Positions 10,957 to 19,790 of a stretch of DNA of 64,000 nt are shown here, piece by piece. Position numbers and translations under genes: made by a program. Origin of the DNA: Bdellovibrionales bacterium (lineage in GTDB: Bacteria > Bdellovibrionota > Bdellovibrionia > Bdellovibrionales > UBA1609). How positions within the stretch are numbered: the stretch's first letter is position 1; every line of letters starts with the position of its first letter. Where the stretch lies: positions 544,001 to 608,000 of the forward strand of contig OZ241456.1 in NCBI GenBank assembly GCA_965200875.1. Reading direction: 5' to 3'. The notes under the pieces were generated by a model. The model searched no databases, had not been told where the DNA came from, and was given only the letters and a program-made list of their open reading frames with translations.

Positions 10957-13932
10957 CTACAAGGCTGGGTAGTTCTCTCTTCCCGGCCATTTAAAGTTTT
11001 CATAATTTCTTTCTGGATAACTAGGGAATTGTTTAAGAGAAGAGTCCTCTTTTCTTTTTTTGGCATATTCTCCTTGTGTTCTGATACCTTTTTTCTCAAC
11101 AACAACTTGTTGAAATACCTCTAATGGTGGACGATTTACCTTTGTGACACGACTTCTCCCTGGCCATTTAAAGCCCGGATAATTTTTTTCTGGATGGTTT
11201 GGGAATCGTTTAAGTTCTTCATCTTTTTTTCTTTGGTTTTGATATTCCTGTTGCGTTCCAATACCCTTTTGTTCAACCACAATTTGCTGAAACACCTCTA
11301 CTGGTGGACGGTTTACCTTTGTAATACGACTTCTCCCCGGCCATTTAAAGCCTTGATAACTTCTTTTTGGAACACTGGGGAATCGTTGAAGCTCTTCGTC
11401 TTTTTTCCTTTGGTTGTCATATTCCCGTTGTGTTCTGATATTCTTTTGCTCAACAACTTGTTGAAACACCTCTACTGGTGGACGGTTATCCTTTGTGACT
11501 ATATATTTCATCTTGTATTTCATCTCTGGCCATATAAAGCCTTCATAGTTGTTTTCTGGTTCGCTGGGGAAACGTTTAAGTTCTTCGTCTTTTTTCCTTT
11601 TTTTGGCATATTCTCCTTGTGTTCTGATGTCCTTTTGTTCAACCACAATTTGCTGAAACACCTCTACTGGTGGAAGGTTATCCTTTGTGATAACCTTTCT
11701 CTTCCCCGGCCATATAAAGTCTTCATAGTTGTTTTCTGGTTCGCTGGGGAAACGTTTAAGTTCTTCGTCTTTTTTCCTTTTTTTGGCATATTCTCCTTGT
11801 GTTCTGATGACCTTTTGTTCAACAACAATTTGCTGAAATACCTCTAATGGTGGACGATTCCCCTTTGTGACACGATTTCTCCCTGGCCATTTAAAGCCTT
11901 CATAGCTTCTTTCTGGGTGGCTGGGGAATCGTTTAAGTCTTTCATCTTCTTTTCTTTTATTTTGATATTCCCATTGTGTTCTTATATCCTGTTGCTCAAC
12001 AACAACTTGTTGAAACACCTCCAATGGTGGAAGCTTATTCTTTGTGACAGGGGAGACACTCCAAAACTTCTGGACAGTTTCTTCCAATATCTTTCTGAAT
12101 TTTGCTAAATCCTCTCTTTCAAAAATATGTCTGCTTGACGAGTTTGGAGAGGCTTTTACTCCTGTGCTTTCTGTACCTAATTCTTCGTTCACATTATCCC
12201 GTATCGTCCGACTGAAAGACACTGTCTTTATAGTATCCAATATGTTCAATAATTCCCTAGCAACTTGTTCATCACGATAATCTATCAGCAATATAATATC
12301 TGATGAAAACTTCCCAGCTTTCAGTCGCAAAACTCTTCCTATTCTCTGTAACATATTCTTTATAGGGATGTTTGCATTTAAATCGATGTAAGCTGAAAGA
12401 TGAGGCAAATCAATTCCCTCATCCAAACTCCTGACTGCCACAATATAATGTGTCTTTCCTTTTTCATGGGACCTCTCTATAACAACCCTTTTCTCCTCTG
12501 CGGAGCGTTCTTGGTGATAGGAATCAAATTGTATCTCAGGAAAAACATTGCTTAAAAACTCCGTTAAACGTTCTGCCTCACGAATCGTGGCTGTCACAAT
12601 AAATCCTTTTTCATTGGATCTTAAAACTGGGTATAGAATCTGTGCTAATTTTTCATAAAAATCCGGGTTTAAAATTTTACGATTGTTTTTATACTCTACT
12701 GTAAATAGCTCTCCTTCCTTTCCATTGGTTTTGAACAGGGTGTCCGCAATAAAGTACAAATTATCAAAAGGCGTTAAATCTCCTCTTTCTATTCCTTCTG
12801 ATAATTGCCTTAAAATACCTTCCGAAGAATGGCTTTCAAATAAATTACCGGATTTAGTGAGATAAGACCAATGTGTCTTTTCAAATAAACTTCTTAAGCT
12901 CACTTCATGGTGTATCGGGGTGGCCGTAGCTCCATACAGAAAAGCCTCACTTTGTTCTTGCAGGTTCAACAGGACATCTTTTGTGATCTGTGCTCCCAGA
13001 TGATGAGCCTCATCTATAAAAATGGAAGAAAGACGTAAAGAGAGTTGTTTGTAATGTTCTGTATTAGGCTCTTTAAGTATTTTCTTTAAGCTTTGAGTGG
13101 TCATTACAAAAACAGTGGGGCCGTTATGTCTGCTCGCTTGCGCGAGAGTTTTCGCGAAACTATCTCCTGTTTGACTGTTCCAGTTGATAACCTGAATATC
13201 CATAGCATTATCCTGTTTGGTGGATTCAGCTATTTCCGTTTTAATAGCCTGTGAGAGTTGCTCCACAATATGCACTCGATTAACCGTGGCTATGGCTATG
13301 TTTTTTTCTTTGGAGGAGTGTCTTATCTGTTCTATGAGTGCTTTAGTGAGAACCAGCGTTTTCCCGACACCGGTGGGGCATATATGGAGGAAGCTTTTTG
13401 CACCATCATGCAGGGCTTGTTGGTATGCAGAGAGAGCAAGAGACTGTACAGGTTTCATCATGATTTTTCCTTCAGAAAAGTAAGGGTGAAGCTCATGTCC
13501 TACAAGCCAGTATCTGAGTTTGTGGCCCAAAGAAGGATTTTGAAAAAAATCAATAGAGGGAATTTTAAGGGTTTTAGATTTACCGTCTGTGTGAAACTCA
13601 GGGGAGGAGATGCGACTATCTATTTTTATCTCAAAGTTTATGGAGGTTTTGGAGACAAGCTTTAAACATCCAGTGCCACAGGTTTTTAATTCCATATTTT
13701 CCAAAGCTTCCGGCTTTAATATCCCAGTGATAGAGGTTTCAACGAGGGAATGAAATACATTTCCAGAGTCTCTTTGGTTGCTTACAGGCGAGGAGTTTTT
13801 TCCCTGTTCAGCAGGGTTATCTGTTTTTTCATGCTCAGGGAAGGCATCTTTGCAATTTGCCAACAAAGAAAGCGGGAAACAGAAGCACATAATGAACCAA
13901 AAAGATATTATTTTTAAGTGTATAAAATTCAT
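10957..13932 (-). CDS. SF2 (DEAH / type III Res-like) helicase with N-terminal signal peptide and six C-terminal ~59-aa repeats
   Basis: CPTGVGKT, IDEAHH, GATATP, LDEGID, QRIGRVLR; hydrophobic N-terminus ending LSLLA-NCKDAF. Confidence 0.88.
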   Translation of the reverse strand: MNFIHLKIISFWFIMCFCFPLSLLANCKDAFPEHEKTDNPAEQGKNSSPVSNQRDSGNVFHSLVETSITGILKPEALENMELKTCGTGCLKLVSKTSINFEIKIDSRISSPEFHTDGKSKTLKIPSIDFFQNPSLGHKLRYWLVGHELHPYFSEGKIMMKPVQSLALSAYQQALHDGAKSFLHICPTGVGKTLVLTKALIEQIRHSSKEKNIAIATVNRVHIVEQLSQAIKTEIAESTKQDNAMDIQVINWNSQTGDSFAKTLAQASRHNGPTVFVMTTQSLKKILKEPNTEHYKQLSLRLSSIFIDEAHHLGAQITKDVLLNLQEQSEAFLYGATATPIHHEVSLRSLFEKTHWSYLTKSGNLFESHSSEGILRQLSEGIERGDLTPFDNLYFIADTLFKTNGKEGELFTVEYKNNRKILNPDFYEKLAQILYPVLRSNEKGFIVTATIREAERLTEFLSNVFPEIQFDSYHQERSAEEKRVVIERSHEKGKTHYIVAVRSLDEGIDLPHLSAYIDLNANIPIKNMLQRIGRVLRLKAGKFSSDIILLIDYRDEQVARELLNILDTIKTVSFSRTIRDNVNEELGTESTGVKASPNSSSRHIFEREDLAKFRKILEETVQKFWSVSPVTKNKLPPLEVFQQVVVEQQDIRTQWEYQNKRKEDERLKRFPSHPERSYEGFKWPGRNRVTKGNRPPLEVFQQIVVEQKVIRTQGEYAKKRKKDEELKRFPSEPENNYEDFIWPGKRKVITKDNLPPVEVFQQIVVEQKDIRTQGEYAKKRKKDEELKRFPSEPENNYEGFIWPEMKYKMKYIVTKDNRPPVEVFQQVVEQKNIRTQREYDNQRKKDEELQRFPSVPKRSYQGFKWPGRSRITKVNRPPVEVFQQIVVEQKGIGTQQEYQNQRKKDEELKRFPNHPEKNYPGFKWPGRSRVTKVNRPPLEVFQQVVVEKKGIRTQGEYAKKRKEDSSLKQFPSYPERNYENFKWPGRENYPAL
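10980..12048 (-). repeat. Six coding tandem repeats of ~177 bp (PPxEVFQQxVVEQKxIRTQxEY...FPSxPExxYxGFxWPG)
   Basis: Visible in both DNA and protein; resembles integrase-repeat / helicase-associated units (PSxP..Y...W). Confidence 0.9.
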
Positions 13933-13998
13933 GGCATTTTAACCGGGATTTAAAAGGGTATTTGTTTTTCCATGTGATTTCATTGATTAATAGAGAAT

Positions 13999-14033
13999 TT
14001 TATCAATGATTGATAAAGGATTTTATCAATCAT
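13999..14033. promoter_or_regulatory. Overlapping perfect palindromes; candidate operator upstream of the helicase
   Basis: ATGATTGATAAA-GGAT-TTTATCAATCAT (14006-14033) and TTTATCAAT-G-ATTGATAAA (13999-14017). Confidence 0.45.
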
Positions 14034-14176
14034 ACTAAAAAAAACTATTTTTAAAAGTAAATGGTAATTTTTTACATACTTTATTTTGTAGGCAAACAAA
14101 GTGTTTCATTATAACAATTTTGCAACTATTTTCTAGGAAAATGATAAAAAAATCAAGTGATAAAAGTATTTTATCA

Positions 14177-14399
14177 ACATTCCAAAGGCTTTTCACAACA
14201 TAAAATTGCCTGTGTCTTCAGCAGTATTTGCCCTGTGTATTCCCTGATTTTCACAGACTTTGATGTTTTTCCGGCAGAGCTGAATATAGCTCAAAAATGC
14301 TCTGAAAATTCCACTTATATAGATAAACGATGCGAAAAAATTAGAGCTGATATGTGGGATAATGAGGAAAACGGAGCTTGTGATTAAAACCTGAGTACG
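14177..14399. other. Mosaic of short fragments of three other accessory genes (Cys-rich protein, Rpn, lipoprotein)
   Basis: Manual alignments to rc 21852-21896, rc 18211-18266 and 37588-37679. Confidence 0.85.
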
Positions 14400-14616
14400 A
14401 AGGGGTAGGCACTGTTTTCCCCGGTGGCCAAAAATGCCTTTTTTGCGCAGTTTTATATCAGAAAAAAAGATGCTCCCCCTTTCGCGATTGAAAGCCACCC
14501 CCTTTTCTTTATGATTCCCTTTCCTAAAGTCTGGGTTGGGAGAGACGATAAGTGAAAAAGTAGTTATATTTAATTTGGTTCTGAATAAATATTATTTTTA
14601 GGAATAAGCACACAGA

Positions 14617-16785
14617 ATGAGAAATAAACACAGTAGAAAGAATACAGGGCAGTTGGCCATTTTTATTATTCTGCTTTTTCCTGTGTTGTTTACTCTGTTC
14701 GCCATGTCTTTAAATATCACTTTAGTAGTGCATGATAAAATCAATCTTCAAAATTCTGTTGATATCGCTGCCTACTACGGTGCTATGAAACAGGCTGAAA
14801 TGTTAAACGCCATTGCTCATATAAACTATCAAATCCGCCAGTCTTGGAAACTTCTGGTATGGAGATATAGGGTTTTGGGTAGCGTAAGTCTTACGCATCG
14901 TCCAGAGTGGGGAAATCCCGCACTCGCTGTTGAGAGGGAACATTGGCCACAATCTCTGAAAAATCTACAGATAGGACCTTATTTTTTCTGTGTTGGACAT
15001 AAAGATTGGGGTTGGTTCATAAAAAAGGGTGGTGGTTCTGTAAACATTCCAAGGACTAGAGAAGATAAACCAACTGATATGCTTTGTAATGAAATGGGGG
15101 GGCGTATCAACGCACCTAGCGTGCCAAGTTTCAGTGGAAGTTTAGGAAGTCTCTCTGGTGTCCTAAGGAATATAAGCCGTGCCGGGAATACGATCAGGGA
15201 GCAATTAGAAGGCAAATGCAAGCTTTATGGGTATAATTCATGGTTGCTTGGTGCTTTGTCTTTTTCTCATTTTCGCGCGGACCAAACCGCTAGAAAACAA
15301 ATGATATATTACCTTGCAAAGGCTATGTCTGGCAAGCTTGCAGGGTTTCCTCATAAACATGGCACAGATTTAAATGGCGATTCCATAGCTTCTGGAGTTA
15401 AAAAAACTTTTGAAAGAAACTTAACTTATATAAATGGTAAAGCTTTTAAAGAAACACCAGACAACCCTTTTATACAATTTAATTCCCTAGAAAGAGTGTT
15501 GTCACCTTCAGATTGGTTAGAGGACACACCTTTTTGGGCTTTGGGGCTTTTCGCTGATATTCATCCAGTAGGGAAAGCTTGTGAAAAAAACTTAAAATTT
15601 TTGCGTCAAGGATCATCAGTCCTTAGTGATAAGAGTTTAAAAAGTATACTTTTAGGAGAGCAAGATATGAACTGGCCAGGATGTGTCACAGGAAATTCCC
15701 TATGTTCCCCTTCTGCCGGTCTCCATAAAAAAAGAAATTTTCTAATTTTTTACTCTGTAAAAGCTGAACTAAAATATAAATGTCAGATTTTTTTACCCTG
15801 GGGATGTGGTGATGGGGGTAATGTGTATTTAAAAGCAAAAGCTTTCGCAAAGCCTTTTGGGGGAACTATAGGTCCTATAGGACCAAGATCAGCATCATTG
15901 CGTGGAGAAGATCCTTTACTACCTAATCCTCATGGTGAAAGCCCAAGTGGAGATCTTGTGAAACTTGACAAAAAATTCACCCCCAACTATTCCCGCTATC
16001 CAGGAGATAAATTTGGTTTGAGATCATCTTATGTACATTACTACTGGGCTGAGCACATACAACGCTCTCCACATGACACAAAAAATATAAAATTTTACTT
16101 AAAAGGTAATCATGGTGATGACAGAGACCCTTTAGCTAGGGGTATAATCCCACCGGGAGTAAAAAGTTTACTTGCCCGGAAATGGGAGATAATGGCGGTT
16201 GCTCCAGATATTTTTGATGTAACTTATTTCACTATTTTACCTTATTACATGCAAACATACTTTCCAAAAATCAAAGTTCTTTTGAAGAATGAACCCGTCA
16301 ATTTAAGAGGGGGGTTTGGTTCATATAAAGCCGGCAACGACTTTCAATGGAAGTATGGTATTTTAGGCCAGCACAAAACTATAACCGGGCAACCACCAGA
16401 GCTAAGAATCGATGACTTATGGTTTTTAAGTCATTATTCAGCCCCGCGTCCGCGCCCACCTTGGTATAAAATAGCAAAACTTGAACAACTACTCACTGGC
16501 TGGAATCCCCCTAAAGAAAAATATGTATCTAACAGTAATGAGCAATATAACATTAACCGCTCTAAATTTAGTTTATGTGGTAAAACCCTTCGTGAGGATG
16601 ATCAATGGGTACATAATTTTGGAATTAATATGTCTCCCGGAGTAATAAAAGGTAAAATCGCCACAGGCTGTATTTACGGCGGACGAACGGGTTATTCTGT
16701 GAAAATGATTTCTGCTGAATTTATCAAAGGTTTTAGTGTTAGAGGTGTAAGTGATCTTAGAAACCCATTCCCGGCTTGGTATTAA
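14617..16785 (+). CDS. TadG-like Flp/Tad pilus assembly protein with Tad N-terminal domain
   Basis: GQLAIF prepilin-like site plus TM, then KINLQNSVDIAAYYGA. Confidence 0.8.
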   Translation: MRNKHSRKNTGQLAIFIILLFPVLFTLFAMSLNITLVVHDKINLQNSVDIAAYYGAMKQAEMLNAIAHINYQIRQSWKLLVWRYRVLGSVSLTHRPEWGNPALAVEREHWPQSLKNLQIGPYFFCVGHKDWGWFIKKGGGSVNIPRTREDKPTDMLCNEMGGRINAPSVPSFSGSLGSLSGVLRNISRAGNTIREQLEGKCKLYGYNSWLLGALSFSHFRADQTARKQMIYYLAKAMSGKLAGFPHKHGTDLNGDSIASGVKKTFERNLTYINGKAFKETPDNPFIQFNSLERVLSPSDWLEDTPFWALGLFADIHPVGKACEKNLKFLRQGSSVLSDKSLKSILLGEQDMNWPGCVTGNSLCSPSAGLHKKRNFLIFYSVKAELKYKCQIFLPWGCGDGGNVYLKAKAFAKPFGGTIGPIGPRSASLRGEDPLLPNPHGESPSGDLVKLDKKFTPNYSRYPGDKFGLRSSYVHYYWAEHIQRSPHDTKNIKFYLKGNHGDDRDPLARGIIPPGVKSLLARKWEIMAVAPDIFDVTYFTILPYYMQTYFPKIKVLLKNEPVNLRGGFGSYKAGNDFQWKYGILGQHKTITGQPPELRIDDLWFLSHYSAPRPRPPWYKIAKLEQLLTGWNPPKEKYVSNSNEQYNINRSKFSLCGKTLREDDQWVHNFGINMSPGVIKGKIATGCIYGGRTGYSVKMISAEFIKGFSVRGVSDLRNPFPAWY

Positions 16786-16839
16786 CTCATTCCACCGGAA
16801 AGTTTTAAAAATAAGGAGTAAGATATTAAAAAAAAGAAA

Positions 16840-17445
16840 TTGTTATTTTCCAGCAAGGGAAGTTTGACAGTTCAGTTTGTGCTTGGATTTGCTCTTGTGT
16901 GGGGTTTTATAGCACTTTTTGCGGTCATGTGTTTTACCTTGGCAGTAAGTAGCATCACACAGTATATAACTTTTGCTTCCGCCCACGCTTTATTTTTGGG
17001 AGACGGAGATTTAACAGCACAAAAAGACGCGGCTTTTGAAACCTATAAGGATTTGAAGAACAAATTTCGTAATCAAGAAGGTGCAGGTATTTTCAGCCCC
17101 GATGTAATTGATATATACCAAGAACAAGAACTACTAGATATGGGACTGGGACTTAATACGGCTTTTCAAGTTACCAAACCTAACTTGTTTTATGGAGCTT
17201 GGACAAAGTTTGTCCCCAAAGTGTTGAAGATAAACACTTTTTTTGGAGATTCAGGAAAAGATGATAATTTTTTTAAGACCACCATTGGTTCTTATCTTGG
17301 GCGTGAACCGACTATGGAAGAATGTGATCTTTTTTTTGATCAAGAAAGGTCGAAAAAGATATATGAATATCACCAAAACAACTGGCATCATACAGCACCC
17401 CTTCCCCGAATGGTAGGTATTAAGGTTTTTGATAATGGTTGTTAA
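16840..17445 (+). CDS. TadE-like pseudopilin
   Basis: KGSLTVQF prepilin-like motif plus TM helix; follows the TadG-like gene. Confidence 0.6.
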   Translation: MLFSSKGSLTVQFVLGFALVWGFIALFAVMCFTLAVSSITQYITFASAHALFLGDGDLTAQKDAAFETYKDLKNKFRNQEGAGIFSPDVIDIYQEQELLDMGLGLNTAFQVTKPNLFYGAWTKFVPKVLKINTFFGDSGKDDNFFKTTIGSYLGREPTMEECDLFFDQERSKKIYEYHQNNWHHTAPLPRMVGIKVFDNGC

Positions 17446-17448
17446 TGA

Positions 17449-17637
17449 AGAGGGTGTTATCAACCTAAAGAAGGTGAACTTGTATTTAACAAAGATAGTG
17501 CAAAACTTGATCCCGACCATGAAGCTTGTAAAGCGTTACAAGAAGAAGCTCAGGCTAAGTGTGATGCTTTACCCCCACCAGGGGCTGGTGATATTAAGCA
17601 ATATAGTGGTTCAGCTATTTATAAAGATTACACTTAA
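17449..17637 (+). pseudogene. Headless C-terminal fragment of a paralog of lipoprotein 37523-37867
   Basis: Own translation RGCYQPKE...AKCDALPPPGAGDIKQYSGS* versus RCDALPPPGPDDIIQTSGS; no start codon in frame. Confidence 0.7.
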
Positions 17638-17704
17638 TGCTCTTAACAGTACAGAAGGCTTTGGAAAATAGAAATATGTTAAAGGGTGTTTCACGGGCGA
17701 AAAA

Positions 17705-18655
17705 TTAGAGCTTTAAGCTTTCCTGTAGCTCTTTAATTTTCTCTGCTGATACACCAGTGATTTCAATGATCATGGAAATTTGCATATTTTTTTGGAGCAT
17801 ATTCAAAGCTATTTGTTCCATGCCTGTCTTCAAACCTTTCTCCATGCCTTTGTTAAAGGCATAAGCTTTTTCTGCACGCTGATCTCTTAAAAATTTCTCC
17901 CGTGCCTCTTCTTCCCGGCGCAAATCCTCATCTTGGGACAAATCTTTTAAATGTTCCATTGCTCTTCTCATCTCTTCCCCCTTACTCGTTGATAATATAT
18001 CCCACTCTCTTTTTCCTATGTGGCAGGACTCTTTTAAAAGATAGCACCATAAGTCCCGCAAATCAACTATCTCCTTCAGACTCTCTGGCCTCGCTCTCAT
18101 AAACTTACTTAATTCCACAAACACTATCTTTTCATCATCGATCAAGGAAGAATGTGGCTCTTTATCCGATCGCAAAGAAAAGGAATTGATAAAATCTCTA
18201 TACTTTTTTACCGGAAGAACATCAAAGTCTGTGAAAACCAAAGAATATGCAGGGCAAATACTGCTGTAATCTGCTGACTTCTTTAAACTCTCCGTGTAAA
18301 GTCTAGACCAATAAAAAAGCACTCTTTTCAAAAAACCTATTTTTAAGACAGACTGTATTTCCACATTCACAGTTTCTCCGGTACTGAGTCTTATTCTCAA
18401 ATCCAGAACAATTTGCTTGTTGTCTGCCAAAGAGGGATAAAGGGAGCTATCTAAGAGAGTTAATGTTTCTTCATCAACAAGGGAATCCAATGCTTTTTTA
18501 TCTCCTATGAAGGATATATCTTGCACTTTTTGATTGGGAGGAAGAGGCAAAAAGGCATTTAAAAGAGATTTCAGGACTTCTTTGTTTTTAGAGAAATAGG
18601 TCTTGAACATGAGGTCCTGGCTTAAGTTTAAAAATTTGCTACGATTTGTTTTCAT
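17705..18655 (-). CDS. Rpn family recombination-promoting nuclease / PD-(D/E)XK putative transposase (Rpn-1)
   Basis: DLMFKTYF, LDLRIRL...VNVEIQ, RVLFYWSRLY, GMEKG repeats, C-terminal IALNML...ITGVS HTH. Confidence 0.92.
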   Translation of the reverse strand: MKTNRSKFLNLSQDLMFKTYFSKNKEVLKSLLNAFLPLPPNQKVQDISFIGDKKALDSLVDEETLTLLDSSLYPSLADNKQIVLDLRIRLSTGETVNVEIQSVLKIGFLKRVLFYWSRLYTESLKKSADYSSICPAYSLVFTDFDVLPVKKYRDFINSFSLRSDKEPHSSLIDDEKIVFVELSKFMRARPESLKEIVDLRDLWCYLLKESCHIGKREWDILSTSKGEEMRRAMEHLKDLSQDEDLRREEEAREKFLRDQRAEKAYAFNKGMEKGLKTGMEQIALNMLQKNMQISMIIEITGVSAEKIKELQESLKL

Positions 18656-18703
18656 GTGTAAAGCTCCTTTAAAAAAAGTGATTTATTGTTAATAAATAGT
18701 TCA

Positions 18704-18720
18704 TGCAAAATCCGTGCCAA
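18704..18720 (-). promoter_or_regulatory. Sigma-54 (-24/-12) promoter for Rpn-1
   Basis: Minus strand TTGGCACGGATTTTGCA matches TGGCAC-N5-TTGCA, ~50 bp upstream of the ATG and its GGAG RBS. Confidence 0.65.
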
Positions 18721-18788
18721 ACTGATCTCAAGGGTTTGATATCGCCAAACACGATTTTTACGGGAGAATTGGCAAACGTATTATCTTA

Positions 18789-19168
18789 AGAGGCCCGTAA
18801 AAAAGAGTATTTATATGTACAGCTTATTTGCTCATACCTCACCGCTCGGTTTCAAACATGCGTTTTGCCACACACGCGTCTTTCAGTCGAGGTGTGCTCA
18901 AATCCGAACTCGCCTCGCGTTGGGTATGAGCAATAAGCTTTTTACATTTTTTCGGCAAACAAAGTGTTTCGTTATAAAACTTTGCAAGTATTTTCCCAAC
19001 TAACAAGTGGCTCGTGAAAAAGCCAAGTTGTTGATTTTTCAGTCCCTTGAAAACGGAAATTTTGTTGAGTTTTAGGCAAATGTTCCATCCATTTTCCTTA
19101 AAAAAATGTACTTTTTCGCGCCTGATTAAAAAGTGATCATAATGTGTTAAAAACTTTTTCACAGGGGA
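18789..19168. mobile_element. Composite MITE-like non-coding element
   Basis: Flanked by TTATCTTA direct repeats (18781-18788, 19169-19176); ends CCCGTAAAAAA / TTTTTCACAGGG; shares an internal module with 46203-46342 and 54375-54480. Confidence 0.5.
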
Positions 19169-19469
19169 TTATCTTAGAGAGTGTAAAATTTACATATATT
19201 CATATTTATTTCCATAAAGCTTGTTTTTTTAAGGGCAGGGTCTTGTCATTGATTCCAGTTTTGTATTATAAAGGTGTAATAGTATTTTCTTGAAAAATAT
19301 TTATTTGGGATATCCAAAAACTTTGAATCCACAGGTTGTGATGGTTCAGACAGTATGATACTCCAGCGGACTTGCTTTTATGCTTTGGGTTCAAAATTGC
19401 AGGATATATCACAATAAATGTTGTGGGTTTACTGGAGCTTTTAAAGTATAAAGAACTACAACAGTATGG

Positions 19470-19790
19470 AAAACAAGCAACATTGAGCTCTGGAAAAAAG
19501 CAAGAAGTATTAAGAATTTTTGAATGAAAGCTGGGAAACAGCAAGAAACATAAACAAGCAACATAAGAATTTTTGAATGAAAGCTGGGAAACATGCAGGA
19601 AACAAGGTTTAATGAGAACTGGTCAAAAACAAGCAACATAAGGTTGAATGAAAGCTGGGAAACAGCAAGAAACATAAACAAGCAATATGAGGTTTGAAAA
19701 ACATCAAAAAAAATGAAAGCTGGAAAAACATCAAAAAAAACAAAAATTAGGAACAAAACAAACAAAAAATCTATAAGGAGGAAACAAAGA
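19470..19790 (+). repeat. Degenerate A-rich array with repeated ATGAAAGCTGG(G/A)AAA units and GGA-loop hairpins
   Basis: GCTG-GGAAA-CAGC at 19530 and 19654, variants at 19583 and 19719; AAACAAGCAA repeated. Confidence 0.75.

Noticed and set aside
11194..11847. 217-aa repetitive hydrophobic ORF
   Set aside because: Antisense of the helicase repeats
14177..14399. CRISPR-like spacer array or DGR template
   Set aside because: No repeats separate the pieces, mismatches are not confined to adenines, and no reverse transcriptase is present in the window
17429..17671. 80-aa ORF in the track
   Set aside because: Wrong frame; the recognisable homology (CDALPPPG) is in the start-less frame 17449-17637
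19266..19765. Phe/Leu-rich minus-strand ORFs
   Set aside because: A by-product of the A-rich repeats; no RBS or recognisable domain
19470..19790. CRISPR array
   Set aside because: Spacing is irregular, the 'spacers' are repeats of each other, and there are no cas genes in the window
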